The notes below the pieces were generated by a model that searched no databases, had not been told where the DNA came from, and saw only the letters and a program-made list of their open reading frames with translations. DNA of 63,977 bases from Lama glama (lineage: Eukaryota): NCBI GenBank assembly GCA_028534125.1, contig CM052817.1, forward strand, positions 27,964,024 to 28,028,000. Direction: 5' to 3'. Position numbers and translations under genes: made by a program. Positions 1 to 14,804 of this stretch are shown piece by piece. The first letter of the stretch is position 1, and every line of letters begins with the position of its first letter.

Positions 1-659
1 GTTCTGTCTTCCACCTTAAATTACACATAGTCACCTTTCCTTTAGAATATTTGCAGGTCATTTGATCTACATTTTTTTGGTTAACTTTTATTTTACACTA
101 TACTCCTAACAAATCTTTCCCCCTTTCCCAGATATAGTATCATGTGATCACAGTCATGAAAAAAAGACATCCTAGGAATTTATATTTCAGCCCAAAAGTT
201 AGGATATTCAAACAACAACAACAACAACTCTACTATTGGTTACATGGTGTCACTCAATAGTTTAAACATTTTTTTTTAAAGAAGCAAAATATTAACAATG
301 AAAGCTAATGCAGTGATTAAATGCTTATTATATAAAATGCTCAGGTAGATACAAATAAGTTGCAGTCACTCAGTAACCTCCTGACATAATGCTTTTGTAA
401 AGCAGCTTTTCTGTTTCACAACATTAAGCAAATCATGTAGCAATTTCTTTGAGCTGTCACAGATACAAAGCTAAAATCTATTTACATTAAGGGTTCAAAA
501 TAGTACAGATTATGTTCCAGCAGAACAATAGTAATAAGATATTTTTAACCTCAGGAAAAAAAAATACTCCACAGCTATCTGAATATAAAATAAAATACTA
601 TAAGATAATTAAGTTATTAAAGATCTTAAATTTTTTTAATAAAAGATCATCTTACTTAC

Positions 660-724
660 ATCAAGAGAGCCTTCATTTATAACAATCATTCCCATGTTCT
701 TCCTCAAAAGTTTGCAGGAATGTC
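660..724 (-). CDS. ATP8A1: ATP8A1 exon 24 (65 nt): (G)HSCKLLRKNMGMIVINEGSLD
   Basis: acatag|GACATTCC...CTTGAT|gtaagt; phase 1 to 0, continues exon 23. Confidence 0.95.
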
Positions 725-1179
725 CTATGTCCAAACAGAGTAAATTGATATAATTAATTTCTCTAGAGAGAAGAGGTGAAAAAGTTAAAGTAATAATACT
801 AAAAAGTCTAAATTTTATTTAATTTTACCCATTTTATTTGATAAAATTAAAATTTTATTTATTAATTTTTTTAAGGAGTGATGGCAGTCAGCTGTTTTCC
901 TGGTTTGCAGGAAGTTTAAAAAAGAAATACTCTTGCTGGTTGTAAAAGGGATAAGATACAAGGACCTCACCTGCCTTTCTAAGACTGTCTTGATAAACCA
1001 ATACGGAAAGAGATGGGTAATGATTCTCAATGTCCTGAAAACTGATAAATGTGGATGGAATATCCCTCATGATGACCAACATGAAGAGCAGAAGATGGGC
1101 CAGTGGTGCTTTTGGGAGAAAGGGGCAGGGTGGTTGTCTGGTCATCTCTTGGACCACCGATCTCACCCCTATCTCCTGC

Positions 1180-2418
1180 CCTTGGACTTTTATGACAACC
1201 TCTTCTCTCCTGCCCTCTCCTGCTTTGCTGCACTTGCTGAAGAGCAAAACCACTTGCTGATTAAACCAACTCTGCCTACTCTGCACCTGTCCACCTAGAG
1301 CTGAACGTGGCTGTAGAAAACCAGGCAACCCCGCTGGCCCATCTCACATTTAAAACAATACCATCTACACTCACTCCCTTTGTGATCTCATTCCTTCCCA
1401 TGCTTTTAAATACCATCTAAATGCTGACCATTCTAGTACTCATCTCTCCCATTCAGACCTCTCTCCTCAACTCTAGACTCACATGCCAGCATCCATTTAA
1501 CAACAGACACTCAGGTATAAAATAGGCATCTCAGACTTAACACATCTGAAACCAGGCTTCTGCCCTCCCCCTAGAAACCCCACTCCTCCTCTAGTCTTCC
1601 TCATTTTGGTTAATGGCAACTCCATCCTTCAGTGGCTGAGGCTAAAAGACTTTGAAGCTGCCCTTGAATCCTTTCTGTCTCTCATACCCAACATTTAGTC
1701 TATCAATCAATCAATCCTGTTGGCTCTACCCTCAAAATACATGCAGAACTCAACTAATTCTTACTTCTACTGTTACCACCAGGTCCAAGCCACCACCACA
1801 TCTCACCTGGATTCACAGAATAGCCTCTGGCTTTCCTGATTCAACACTTGCTTCCCTTTGAGTCCACTCTCAGTCTAGCAGCCAGATTCATACATGCAGT
1901 TTTTTTGCTTTTTTTTTTTTTTTAAACAGGAAAGTCAGATCAAGTTTTTCTTCTGCTTAGTTCAATACCATTCAGTGGTTTCCCACCTCACTTAGAGTAA
2001 ACACCGAGTCTGCACAGGTCTGGGAGGCCCCAACCAACCTGGGCTCCGTTACGCAGCTGATCTCTCCTCCCACCCTCGCCCTGTGCATTTCTGCTCTTTT
2101 CTCTAGGACAGAAGACAGCTTTCCCTAATCATCTGATGGACAAGCCCCCTCCCCTCTCAGGTGGTTCTTCCTGACCTCCTGCTGTAGAACTGAACCCCTC
2201 TGTGCCACGCCCTATTTCCCCTTGCCTGCTTTCTTTTTCTTTAGAGCCATTATTGCCATCGAAGATACTCTGTGTTTTTCTCATTCACTTTTACCGTCTG
2301 TTTCCCTGACTAGGATCTTAGCTCCACGAGGGCAGAGATTCCAATATGTTTTGTTCCTTGTTTTTAACTGACACCTGGCACCATACACACCATCAGTTTG
2401 CTGAATGAATGAATGAAT
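1180..2418 (+). mobile_element. L2 LINE remnant (ORF2 pieces and 3' end)
   Basis: ttttaaataccatcta, aggcatctcagacttaac, agctccacgagggcagaga, terminal tgaatgaatgaat. Confidence 0.85.
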
Positions 2419-3162
2419 CTCACCTTTCCTCCTCTAGGAACAATTATGGCCCAAGAATCTAAAAGTTGCATGTTGCCAGAAACCACCACCATCCTGTCCT
2501 TTTCATGGGAACTTTCATCACGGCTACAAGTCTGGACCTACCTGGAGAGCAGTTTACTTTCCCACATACCCTCTCCCTCCACCTGCAGTCATGCTGCTGG
2601 GTCATATCTGTGTCCCCAGGTCTCCTGTATCTAAACAACTCTTCATCCTGTACATCTTCCTTCCATGTTGCCTCTAACACCAGTGATGATTTTTATAATC
2701 CAAATTAACAACTTGTGTGGCCTGTAGACTTAAACTTCTACTACTTAGCTTTCTTTTAAAAATCAATTTTCCTCAATTTACTATCAATTTAGAGTATTTT
2801 ACTATTTAATACAAATACTGTATTTATAAATACAGTATTTACCACAAAATACTGTGATTAGCTACATTCCTAAAAGGAGTATTAGTTTAATGTGTTTTAG
2901 ATAAATGCCACTTAATGACCTTCTAAAAATGTGGTTTATGTTGTGAATACCCCTGAAATGGTTTCTTCCATTTGGGGAGAGTTTTGTATGGAATTCATAT
3001 CATCAGTATTATCCAGGATTATCCATTATCCTCTGGATAATGGATTCACGGTGCTCAGGCAACATGTTATTACTGAATTTGGAGGGGGAAAAAAGGTGGT
3101 ATTTTTCCAGCATATTATTGGTACTTCAGGCCTCCAACAGCAAATATTAACTTTCTCGTAGG

Positions 3163-3546
3163 GTACAGACCGAACTATGTCCCTATTTCCTCATTCATGT
3201 GTTGAAGCCCTGCCCCCAACATGAAGGGATTTAGAGACAAGGCCTTTAAGGAGTTCACCAAAGTTAAAAGTGGTCCCAAGGGTGGCCCTGATACAGCAGG
3301 ACTAGTGTCTTTCTAAGAAGAGGAAGAGACACTGGATGCTCTGAGAGTATTCACAGAGGAAAGGCCAGGCAAGGACACAGAGAGAGGCGGCCATCTGCAA
3401 GCTCGGAAGAGTGGCCTCAGGAGAAACCAATCTGCTGACATCTTGATTTGAACTTCCAGCCTCCAGGACTGTGAGAAAATTACTTGCTGTCATGTAAGCC
3501 ATCTAATCTGTGGTGCTCTGTTACGTCAGCCCACGCTGACTCATAC
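3163..3546 (+). mobile_element. MaLR LTR (MLT1A/B-like)
   Basis: ggccatctgcaagc, gcctcaggagaaaccaa, gaacttccagcctccaggactgtgagaaaat, end gctgactcatac. Confidence 0.85.
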
Positions 3547-3988
3547 CACCTCTTTCTGCAAAACTGGAATTAACTGTAGGATGGACGAAAACTGGCAAAA
3601 ATCTTACTTCCTATCTCAGAAATGACCTTTCACATAAACTAATGTCAGTGTACAAGCCTGCCATAACCCCGGTCTCCAGACTTTCCCAGACAACTGCAGA
3701 AAGGTTATCTGCCTGTGTCAATTACGGATGCAAGGTGGGAGCAGGCAGACACACAAAGGTGAGGGAGGGCATTATGGGCTGCAAGAGCTGAAGTCTGGCT
3801 GCAAATACAGTCGCTGCAACTTTAAAGGGCCATCGGGGCCACAAGCAGACAGAGAAGCCCAATGACACCACAAATACGGAGATCTCAGAGTAACACATCT
3901 TTCAAATCTTGAAATATTTCAAATCTATCTTCTAAAATATATCAACAGGTTAGAAAGCACCATTTAAAGTTTAAGTTGGGTGAGTTAC

Positions 3989-4127
3989 CAATGTTAATGG
4001 CCGTTTCCTGCTTGTCTCCCGTAAGGATCCAGATTTTGATGTCGGCTTTCATTAGAGTTTCTATGGTTTCAGGCACTTGATCTTGTAATTTATCCTCAAT
4101 GGCTGTAGCTCCAAGTAGCTGAAGATT
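3989..4127 (-). CDS. ATP8A1: ATP8A1 exon 23 (139 nt): [46 protein letters not shown]+G
   Basis: ctccag|AATCTT...AACATTG|gtaact; EDKLQ and LTGD motifs of the P domain. Confidence 0.97.
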
Positions 4128-4389
4128 CTGGAGAAAAAGAGTGAAAAATTTTGAGAAGAAAAAATAAAAACAGTTTAGATTCTTCCAGAACAAAAAATTG
4201 AAGCGTGTACATGTTTTAAAATCTGAGACTAAGTGATAATTCATGGATTTAGTGTAAATTCCATCTCTCCCATTGAGTTGTCTCTCTAAAGGACCCTTGA
4301 CTTTCATGCAGTACTTTTGGCAGGAGACTGAGGCTCCCTGAATTACCTGTCTTACCTCACTCCTCTCCCTGAGGTAAGGAACTGATTCT

Positions 4390-4392
<3 letters not shown>

Positions 4393-4436
<44 letters not shown>
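4393..4436. repeat. (CA)22 microsatellite
   Basis: Perfect dinucleotide run read directly. Confidence 0.97.
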
Positions 4437-4441
<5 letters not shown>

Positions 4442-7400
4442 GGGAAATCAAAAGCAGTTAAAAAGAAGCAGGCAGAGGCTAAGAACAAAGAAAAACAAAA
4501 ACTATGGAAGATCACCGGAGTGAAGAAGCAATCTAGTTGACCTGCTCAAAAAAGAGTAAGGTTAGATGCTGACACTATTAACTTGTAATCCGATGCTGCA
4601 GCAGGAAATGTAGACACAATATACAATCAGAAAGAATGAAGACAGGAGCAATAAAAGTATTAGTCGCTGTAAGAAAGAACAGGCTGTGTTTTTCACGTGG
4701 TTCCATGTTAGTTAGTAGAAGGTCAGAGTCCATTAAAGACCTCTTGCTCATTAGATGGTATTTTTCATACGAGACCAAACACAACCAAAACACTCTGTGG
4801 AAAGCTGTTCTAATCTCTCACAAAGAAGAATGGCTTCTTCTCTCATCTTCCTAAATGGAGGGAAATAAAGAGAACAATCTCTTGGCAGTTAGGGAAACCT
4901 GGTTTGCCAAATGGAAACAGGTAACGGTGTTTTTGGTCTTAAACACAGAAGAATGTGCGATGAAGGACCAGTGATGGATTGAAATCTTTCTTTCCAGCCT
5001 GTTACCAGGCATTGTCACTCGCTGGGTACCCTTCCCAACTGTGTTCTGCAAGCCACAACCAACTGATTCTCAGTCTTAGCCTGTTTCCCCATAACCTAAC
5101 CTCCAGTGTGATCTACTTCCGGTGTTACTCTTCTCAACTGTTTTCTCCTTTCTCAACTTCATTTTTGTTTAAAATACCAGACAAGGACAGAATAGATAAA
5201 AGGGAAATAAATGCTGTGGTTAGTGTTTGGCTTTGTAATAACAAAGAAAGCAACAAAGAAATCATTCCACTTTCTATCTTTTCTCTAATATTAAGTCTTA
5301 TTTACTTTTCACCAAAATGCAAGTCTAAAAGTAGTCCCAAGTCTTGGTGGGCATGGAAGATAAAGTTAAATACATACACAAACGTGTAAGAGTGAGTGTG
5401 TATAGTTGATGTGTATTACTTAGGAATGTTTTTGACTATAAATAGTAGAAAAATCAGACTAAAGCTGCCTTAAATAAATTATTTAAAGAATATTTATTAA
5501 TTAAATAAATTCCGTATTTTGTATATAATTAGTACTGAAGTGGGTAGTTGTGGGTATAAGATTGTTGGCTTGACCATATTTCAACTCATTCTCCAGACCT
5601 CTCTCAATGCCTCAAGGTGGCTGTTGCAGCAATAATGATAACAGCCACACTTAAGAGACAAAGGCGGTAAAACCAACTGTATCCATCTCTTACTTGAAAA
5701 GCAGAAGGGTTTCTAAAAACATATTTCCAAACACTGCAACTGGCCAGATGGTGTTACACGGCCATCCATCCCTAACTATTGGTATTTATCTTTTCCAGCC
5801 TCCCTCGTGGAGGTGGCAAGTTGGGACGGGGATGGGAATAGGTATTAACTGGCCAGCCCACAGCCTCTGGCACAAGGCTTACATAGAGGCGGGCATGCGT
5901 GTGCATCAGTGCTTGTATGTACCTGCAGCAAGTGCTTACATGTGCAGGTACCTGCACAGAGACACACACACAGCCCCACTACTGTCCTGCATGGGGAAGC
6001 CCGGCTCGTCCTGTATGTCCAAACTCAAAAGCTACCACTTCTTTGAAGTTTTCCCCTCTGCTGTGTTCTGACAGAACTTTGCTCATCTTTACACTTCTTA
6101 ATTTATCATATTAAGATTGGATATTTAAATGTATGACTCTGGTAGTTTTTGTTCCAAAGTAGGGACCGTATCTCCAGGCTCCTTGTTTCACAAACAAGGA
6201 GACAGAAGCCCAGAAAGGAGCAATGATTTGTCACAGGGACATAACTTGGTAGATCATGGAAGGGCAGGGCTTGGACCAGGATCCTCTGTACTGCCCATGC
6301 CATGTGTCCCTCTCTGTCCCTGATGGTGCCCAGTACCATGCTCAACTCCCAGTCTCTGGCCCATAAATGTCGGCTGAAGTAAATTCAGTTGGCAACAGTG
6401 TATCAAGGGCTAGTGCTGACTTTTCTATGTAAGTACTTCTCTACTTAAGTAGTAAGTAGGAGGACGAAGGAACAAATGCAGCTCCTATTCTGGATGTAGA
6501 CTTATGTCCCTATTTGGCCTGGGGGGCGGTGAAGGGCCCCAGACTGGGGCATATTTCTTGTAAGAATGCTGGCCTTGGCACTAAGTGCTGATGCAAGGAA
6601 GGCCCTGTGAGACGAGATGCACCGCATCAGATTCTGGGGTGAGGCTAAGTTAGGGCTCTGAGGAGTCTCTGGTCTCTGACCACCTATAAATACAGTGCAA
6701 TTTTAAGCTGGGAAAAAAAAAGTAGGGACCATATCTTGTTCACCTTTATATTGCATCTCCAGAATACTGACAGTCAGCGTTGGGTATATTTGCTGAGTGG
6801 GTGAATGACCAAAAAAAAAAAAAAAAAATCCAAATGCTATAAAATATTCTAGACCATTTTCTCTTCAGCACATTCAAATAACTTCTACAGCTATTAGATA
6901 CGCTTGATGCATGATTTCTTAGTATATAAGACAGGAAGGCAAATTTCCTTCTTTAAAAAGATCCTTATTTTATTCTCTTTAATGGGAAGCAGATTTGAAA
7001 TCTATCAAAACCCGATGAATGATCATCATCAAGAAGCTCAAGAATGAGAAGGAAGAGCAGCTCAGCATCAGTGGTGCCAGCATCACAACTGCTGCGTCTC
7101 AGGCTGAGACCACGCTGTTACCAGTCCTTCCAGTTCCTCTCAGGACATCAGCAGCTAAATCATTCTGGCCGACGTCCCGGGGAAGGTCAGAATATAGCTG
7201 TGTTCAACTGTTAGCTACTCTACAGAAGGCATAATAAGATTTTAAATGACCATGAGGGTAGTTCAGTCATCCAAGCTCTCAAAGTTTTTAAACCAAAAAG
7301 TTATTTTTTTGTAATTACGTTTCACAAAACACTAGGGTAACCAGATAATATGAGAGCCAAGTTATGAATACACTAATTAAAAACGGATAAACAAATATAT

Positions 7401-9449
7401 TGGTATATGTTCTAGTTCCACTCTTTGGGGATGAATGTGCTGGGTAAGCATGAGGGTATACACTACCCTGCAGAAATCTAATAAAAATAAAATGACTGCA
7501 CTGGGGAGATCACACTGAAAGCATATCTGAAAGAAGGGAAACACCTGGTTTTGCACAGGTAAAAAGGAAACGTTTTCTAAACTGGGCATAAACAATATAA
7601 AATACCAACGAGGCAGGGCCAGCAATGTGTATGCTGAGAAAAGTTACAAGGAGGTTAACTTGGAGTGTGTTGGTGACTAGGATAACAGGAATTTCTAAAA
7701 ACGGTAGTGAAATGTTTCTGAATATTTGGCAAAATTGCAGTGGGTCTGCTTTGATGCCTACGAAAGAAAAAGGTGTGTTTGCAAGCCTGTTAATTCCCCC
7801 TTTATCCCAGGAGCTCCTCCAGCACAGCACTTACTAATTGTAGTGCACGGCTCCCCAGCCTCCTTTCCTCTGGCCCTGGTGTCATTTATTGTGAGATTAG
7901 ATCTTGAGTGATAGGCTGTTCTGCCTCTGGAAATTAATATCTTTAGCTACATAATGATCGTTAGGAAAAAAGATTTGAACTTTGCGTGCTTTTCCTGATC
8001 ATAACACGAGCGTTCAGGCTGTAATCAATTTCATCCCAAACATGTATTACCTTACACAGATGGCCACTAATGGCCACTGTGGGAATTACATAGTCAGCAA
8101 GTGTTGAAATGGGATAAAATTCCCATGGTATTTATGGAATTAAAAGAAAAAAAAAAACCTTCCAACACTAATTTTACTTTCAAAATGTCACTGTGCCAAA
8201 AGTTATAAAGGTTTCAGTTGATGGCTCTTTGACATAATGTAGATTTAGTTATCACTAAAAAATCATGGAATAATATTTACCTAGTAAAGCCCTCAATAAT
8301 CTTTTTTTTCTCTTTTAGATATTCATAATGTATGTAGAGCTTTTAAAAAAGGGATATATATTAAATTTCTACCCTAGTGAAGATAAAAAGCTTCCTGTAT
8401 TCAAAACCTGCATGGTAAAATGAATTATGACAGATTTAGAAATTGTTTTTTCTCAATACATGTACATGCTAAATAACAGAACCTCAAAATATCATATCTG
8501 TGTATTAGCAAATAATTTGTCTGGACTCAGATTATTCTGTATTTTTAAAAAGTTTGTGATGTATTCCTAAATGAGAAAAAGCATAATAATCAAAGTCATG
8601 CCAACTGGGCTCCAGATTACAACATGGACTATTTGGCAGAACTTTCTTTAAAGACAAATGAAAGAAATAATACTGGTAAATAAAGTTTTGTCACTGGAGT
8701 GAATATGGATAAATACTAGTAACATTTGGTAACCTTTATTTCAACATGAAATAAGATTGTGACTAGGAAGATGAAGAAGTATTTCCTTAGCTGAGAAATA
8801 CCAGATACTGCTAAGGGCTTCACATCGATTCGTTCAGTTCATAGCTTTGGGGAGGTTGAGTAAATTATGTAAGGTCAAATCGGCATACAGCTGAGCTAGG
8901 ATGGTAAGAACAGAACACCAAGAATCAATACACACCCCAAGGCAGTGAGTGGGAAGTGAAACCGCGATTCAAAGAAAGTTAGAATTTTATGCAAATCATC
9001 AGGGTTTGAAATACTTGTCTCTGTTTTCAGGAATATTCTGTTTCTATGAATGAGTCTCAGCCTCAGTCCTGAGGCACTCCTGCCAGGTGTACCTGCCTCC
9101 TGTTTCCACCTGCGAGCCCCAGACTCACACCTGGGACTGGCCCCTTTCCAAGAGCACATGTGAGCTTGCATTTTAGAATCCATCCTTTGGATTCCTCCCT
9201 GCCTTGTTTTCTGCCTGTACTCCCTTGCCTTTTGTTGGTATCTGTTTCTCCTGGACCCTGGCAGCCTGGCTGTCATCAAGCCCCAGGTAATTAGCCACAG
9301 GGCCAAGAGTGGAGAGCGGTGGTCTTCATGTTTACCTGAAGCGCTTGTCCCACACAGACCGGTGGGCCCTTCTCTGAGTAGGTCTGAGGTGAAGCCTGGA
9401 AATTTGTACTGGCGCCTCCTGGTTTGAGGACCTAACTGCTTGACGTGAG

Positions 9450-9671
9450 CAAGGATGACAAACCTTTCCTGTAAAGGGACAGGTGGTAAATATTTCAGGG
9501 TTTGAGGGTGGTACACTCTCTGCTGCAATTACTCAGGTCTGCGGTTGCAGCATGCAAATAGCCAAGGACAATCTGTAAACAAATGGACGGAGCTGTGTTC
9601 CAATAAAACTTTATTTACAAAAGTAGGTGGTGGGTGACTGCGGTTCTTGTGCTGGGGTCTGCAGACACCTG
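9450..9671 (+). mobile_element. hAT-Charlie DNA transposon relic (MER58A-like)
   Basis: aaacctttcctgtaaagggacaggtggtaaatattt and gctgtgttccaataaaactttatttacaaaa. Confidence 0.8.
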
Positions 9672-12600
9672 AGGCAGAATACTTCTGAGCAGCCTGTCCC
9701 TGCACCGGGCTCCACCCTGACTGATTACTCTTGATATTTCCTTGGTCAGCTCCTGCCCTTCTTTCCTAGCCTGGCCTTTGGTCCTCTGGCCCCAGTTCTC
9801 TCTCCCATCCCAAATTACAGACAAAGCCTCTTAATTGCAATACAGGACTACCCCCCGGAGAGAAACGCTGGCCTCCCCAAACAATCGCATTGCTGTGTGC
9901 TGTATCCTACCTTAAAAGTAAGCACAAAATCTTCTGTGAGTACAAAAGATAAACACAGGAAGTAAGTATTTTCTTAGTCTGGGTGGCTCAAAAAAACCCC
10001 ATCCAACATGAGTTAACATTTGACCTTAAATACTAAATGAAGAATTAAGAGTTAGTGAAGCACTAGGGAGAGGTGGGGAGGGATGGGGGAAGAAATTCCA
10101 AACAGAGGAAATCACATGTGCAAAGACAGAGGTATGTGAAAGCATATTGTGTTTGAGAAGTTGCCATTTAGTCAATATGGAACCAATAAAATGAAGCGCG
10201 GTGTGAGGTGATTTAAACACTACTAATTTAATAGGGTTGTTCTGAGGATGAAATTGGATCAGTCATCCCAAACTTTGAGTAGTAAGCTGGGAAACTGATG
10301 AGCCCGGAGAAGCCAGCAGGGAATGGAAACTGAAAGGACTGCTTCACGTTGAGGATTCCAAAGGCAAAGGGCATCTGGGGAAGAATCTTAGAAGGGGAGC
10401 GACAGGATCGGATATACGTTGCAGAAAGTTGACTGGTGGCTGACTGGGGATGGACTGGAAAGAATGGAGGGTGCAAGAGCAGTCAGGAGGCGCCGGCAGC
10501 CATCACCCTCTTTAGCTTTAGAATATGGTGGCCCTGGAACACAGAGGCCCTGGTGGCCTGGGGATTCTCAGGGTCATTCCACAGCACTGGCTCTCATAGG
10601 CTGCCGGGCTCCCCTCTGTTCTGCCTTCCACTGACATCTTCACTCTTGTGCTTCTCAGCATCTATTTGTCCACAACCCGGGGGTTTGATTTAGAAGGAGA
10701 GAATCTCGTACCTCTTCCTGTTCAGTTTAAGCCAGGCTAGAGCACACTAAGATCAGAGCACCAAACCTGGAATGGCTCACTGGCCTGCTTCTGGAGCAAC
10801 CACGCAACCCATTAATTTTCCCAAGGCCAAGAAATAGGCTTTAACTTGGTTGGTTTTCGAACCACAGAAATCACATTTGAACTCTCACACAGCCAAAGGC
10901 TTGCCAGATAAGGTCAGAATTCATACACCCAGCTGAAAAGAATCAGGATTCGAGAGGCAGTTGGGTGTAGCCTGCAAAAACAACACATCCATCTTATCTG
11001 AGTCAGAAGACAGCAATACCCAGGGTGGTAGTCTACAGCGGAGCATTTGTAATAAGGGATCTATCCGCCAGGAAGGAGAAGCATGTGATCAGAGATCTAA
11101 GGGCACATTAAGCACTTTCAACAAGACCCAAAAGGGTACACCAAGGCTGCCTCGTTCCCTAAGCAGGCAGGTCCTGAACACGCGATGCCGCCCAACCCAG
11201 AGTGCAGATCTCATGATTACTCAACTACACACGCAGCTACATCTTATTTCTCAAGTCGCCAACATTTTGCATACATTCCTGCTTTCTTCTAAACCATGCT
11301 GGCAGAATAACATACGGATTATTAACTCGGGATTTGGAATTAAGACAGAACTGGGATTTGAATCCCTGCTCTGCCAATGATTGAATCTGATCCTTCAGCA
11401 AAAAATTTAACTTACCCAAGAATTTCTACATCAGCAAGATAAGGCTATTAATCTGGACGTAGTAAGGTAGGAAAAAAACGTTGAGTTCCTACCCAAGATA
11501 TAGGTACTGTCTAGATTTTTTTATATGACACATTTGCTTTGCAAGTATTAATAAATTATATACATTGAAAAATGCAAAAACAAATTGTAAAAAGTGTGAG
11601 ATAAAACAGAGGTAGAAACTGAAGTTATACCATTTTCTTGCTCACTCCAGCAGTTCATTTTGTGTACCTCACTTTTGAGGCCCTTGAACTAAACTATCAC
11701 TAACTGCTCAGGGTAGGGAGCAGAGGACTTGGAGCTTAGTAAAAATGCTCAAAAAGTGGCAGGACTTCTCAGTAGAGAAGCTGACAGACTGCAAATGTTC
11801 TTAAAGCAAACAGTAAAACAGGAAACTACTGGAATTTGAAACCACGAAATCACCAGTACATCATGTAAATTTTCATCTAGTACATTTCAGTTTTTAGTAC
11901 AAATGAAAAGTGATATTGGCAGCTACTAAGAATAGAAATGGGTAGTTTTATCTGAAAAAGCGTTCAGTTCTAATACAGAAGTGACTGTGCATTTGGCAGT
12001 CATAAATGTTCAAGAAAGTCCTGTTTTTCATTAAGTCTTATATTTCTCTAGGAATTCTCTAGACCGCTCGCTGCCACATGTTGTGAAGGGTGCTGGAGCG
12101 CTGTTAGTCACACCGAGCGTGATGGTTGATCTATATTATGCCACATCCAGGAAGTCTTTAAAAAATCCAAGAAATGAAGGAATCAGAAATAAGGTTAAAA
12201 AAAAAGATCACTACCTCACTGTCCTATCTCAGCGCCTGTCACAGGCCCAGGGCACTAGGCCGTGTCGGGAATGGCATTTTCCCAGGTACCAGTTCACTGC
12301 CTTACCTCCCAGCACTGAAGCGAAGACGGGTTTTCCCAGCCTCCTCCCCTGCTGCATCCCCAGAGCCCTCTGCAGAGCCTGACAGGTGCTCAGGCCAACG
12401 CTGTTGAATCTTTCCAGCCAAGTGCTTCTCACAGTCAAATGTTAAATCATGTACAAGAAAGGGTTTTAAAATGACCGAGTCTAAATTTCTAACGAATGCC
12501 TTTTTAAAAATCATTAGCTATTTTTTGTAACACATCCTTAAAGTAATCCTCAGTGACAACGCATCTGAAATCGATGTCCATGAGGTACAGAGAGCATGAC

Positions 12601-14799
12601 TCATGTGGGTGACAGCAGGCAGGCTTCGTTAAGCCAGCACTGCGCAAATTCAGCCTCTGAATAAGTCATCTGATTGATTGATTCATTTATTCATTGAGTA
12701 TGTTTTCAGCGATGAACACAGGCCACACGAGCAGGTCTTGGAGACTTAAAAGAGCGTATGATGAAAATAGTCCCTGCTCTCAGGAAGCTTCAGTCCAGCG
12801 GAGGGTATATGTTAGCTGTGAATTACAAAATGTGTATACATGAAACATAACAAAAGGGATACAAAGGGGAGCCAGATGCTGCCAAAATTACAGCTTTCTG
12901 ATTATTCTTAAGCTCAAATGTGATCCTCTCTGACCTGTAATTTATTAAAAAAATTTTTTTAATAGATAAAAGTATTGGTTTTCATTTTTTAAAAAGCATA
13001 TTTTGCAATCTATGCCTCATAATAAGAAGAGAAGAACAATTTTATCACCAGAGAAATACTGCTTTGATCACTGCCCAATCTAGACAGGTACCATATCTCT
13101 CTATATTCTCAATGCTCAAGATAATTTGCTTTTATTAACATCAGAAATGATTAAAAGGTAATTTATGCAATGCTAAAGACATAATTGTGTTTTCCTATTG
13201 AGGCAAATAAATACAAAAATTTTTCAAAAGCTCTATTTACCAGGAAGGCATACCTTTATATTTCACACCATGGTTTAATTATAAAATCTTCCCTGATAAG
13301 TAAGATCAGAGCCCTCTGCACCACTAATTTACAAAGGAACCCAGCAGCAAAAAAATTTGTGTCTTAAAAATAAATAGAAAGTGGCAGATCAAAGAAGGTG
13401 AGAAATTTCAGAGAAACTACTTCTAATGAAGGATAAAGCTTCATACTTATTCTGTTACTTATTTGCAGCTTTTTCCTGCTCAAATACAAATCAATAAATT
13501 CTTAATTTAAAAAATAAACCTCATATTTAAAAAACATAGACCAACAGTGAAAGCGGTTTCCTTGTCTAAAATTGCAGGTCCAAACACACTATCTTTCAAA
13601 AGAACGAGGTTACAGGTAAGACAGGGCAAGTGTCTTGTCTGTATGGATGAGACAACTGTAACTTCTCTCAAGTGGTGACAAAGAGAGACGAGGAGGTGTC
13701 ACTGTCCACACAGCCCAAGAGAGGCTACAATTCTCCTTCTCAAAACAGGTCAAGACACCTCAAGTACCTAATGTGATTCTTATTTTAACTTTTGCATTTT
13801 ATCTATGTGAGCCTTCTTATTCCTGAATGACTTGGGCTTCCTGGTAATAAATGTCACCTTGACCTTTATTTACTAACAGAAAAAAGATGTTTCAGGAACA
13901 TCCTGACACAACTCATAGCATTAAAATTAATTTTTTTTAAATCCTTAAAAGTTTACCATCTGGATGCAAGTGTTTGGAGCCCACACTGTACCTCCTTGTA
14001 GCAGAGATGTTGAAGGTATTTTACAGATGGATGTAAAAGTCCTATCTCCTCTCATTTGACTGTCCCTAGGGATAACCCTATCCGGAGCACTTGTTTCAAA
14101 CCTTCCGCATCCTCTCTCCTTCAGTGTGCCCTGGAGGTGAAGGGAGGGCATTCTAGTCTCAGACGTGCTGGGTCGAGCAGCAAAGCACTACACCAAGGGA
14201 CAGATGTCATTATCTTCTTGGATGTTCTTGGCCTATTTGGGTATTTTTTTCAGCTTAGGCTAGGAGTTACAGCCCCCAGAGGAACAGGGCTTTAACTAAA
14301 TTTCCAAAACTGAATGACTTGTTTGAACAAACACTGGAGGGATAAGACAGAGAGCAGGGTTTAAAAGTGGAGCCTTAATCGTATTATAAAATGTTCACTT
14401 ATTTTATAACATATTAAGAATACATTATTTTCAGAAAAAGCTCTACAAATCTTTCATATCTTGAATGTCTCTAATGTAGTGCTACCGTTAACATGTCAAT
14501 GGCATTTCGCATCATTAAGTCAAATATGTGTCCAGAAATACCTTGTATGTGACCACAAGGATGTTCGGAACTTTCGTTGAAAGGGGAGGGAAGATATCTA
14601 TAGTAATTTTGAGAAGCATGTTTTCCAAAAATTTCACACACAGGTGGAATATTGTCTAGTTTTTCCAATTGCTCCATGGAGCCCCAGGGCCCTTAGAGGT
14701 TCCTCATGGACCATGAGAGGGCAAGGCAGGGTTGGAGGGGAGAGTCCAGTAGGGGCTTCTCCTACCCTTCCACTGTTAACCAGAGCAGCTCTGCTTTTT

Positions 14800-14804
<5 letters not shown>

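Noticed and set aside
888..1328. Overlapping 146-aa and 121-aa ORFs
   Set aside because: They partly overlap decayed L2 sequence and resemble no host protein.
8896..9528. 210-aa ORF on the minus strand
   Set aside because: It starts inside a MER58A-like relic, has a non-ATG start and no recognisable domain.
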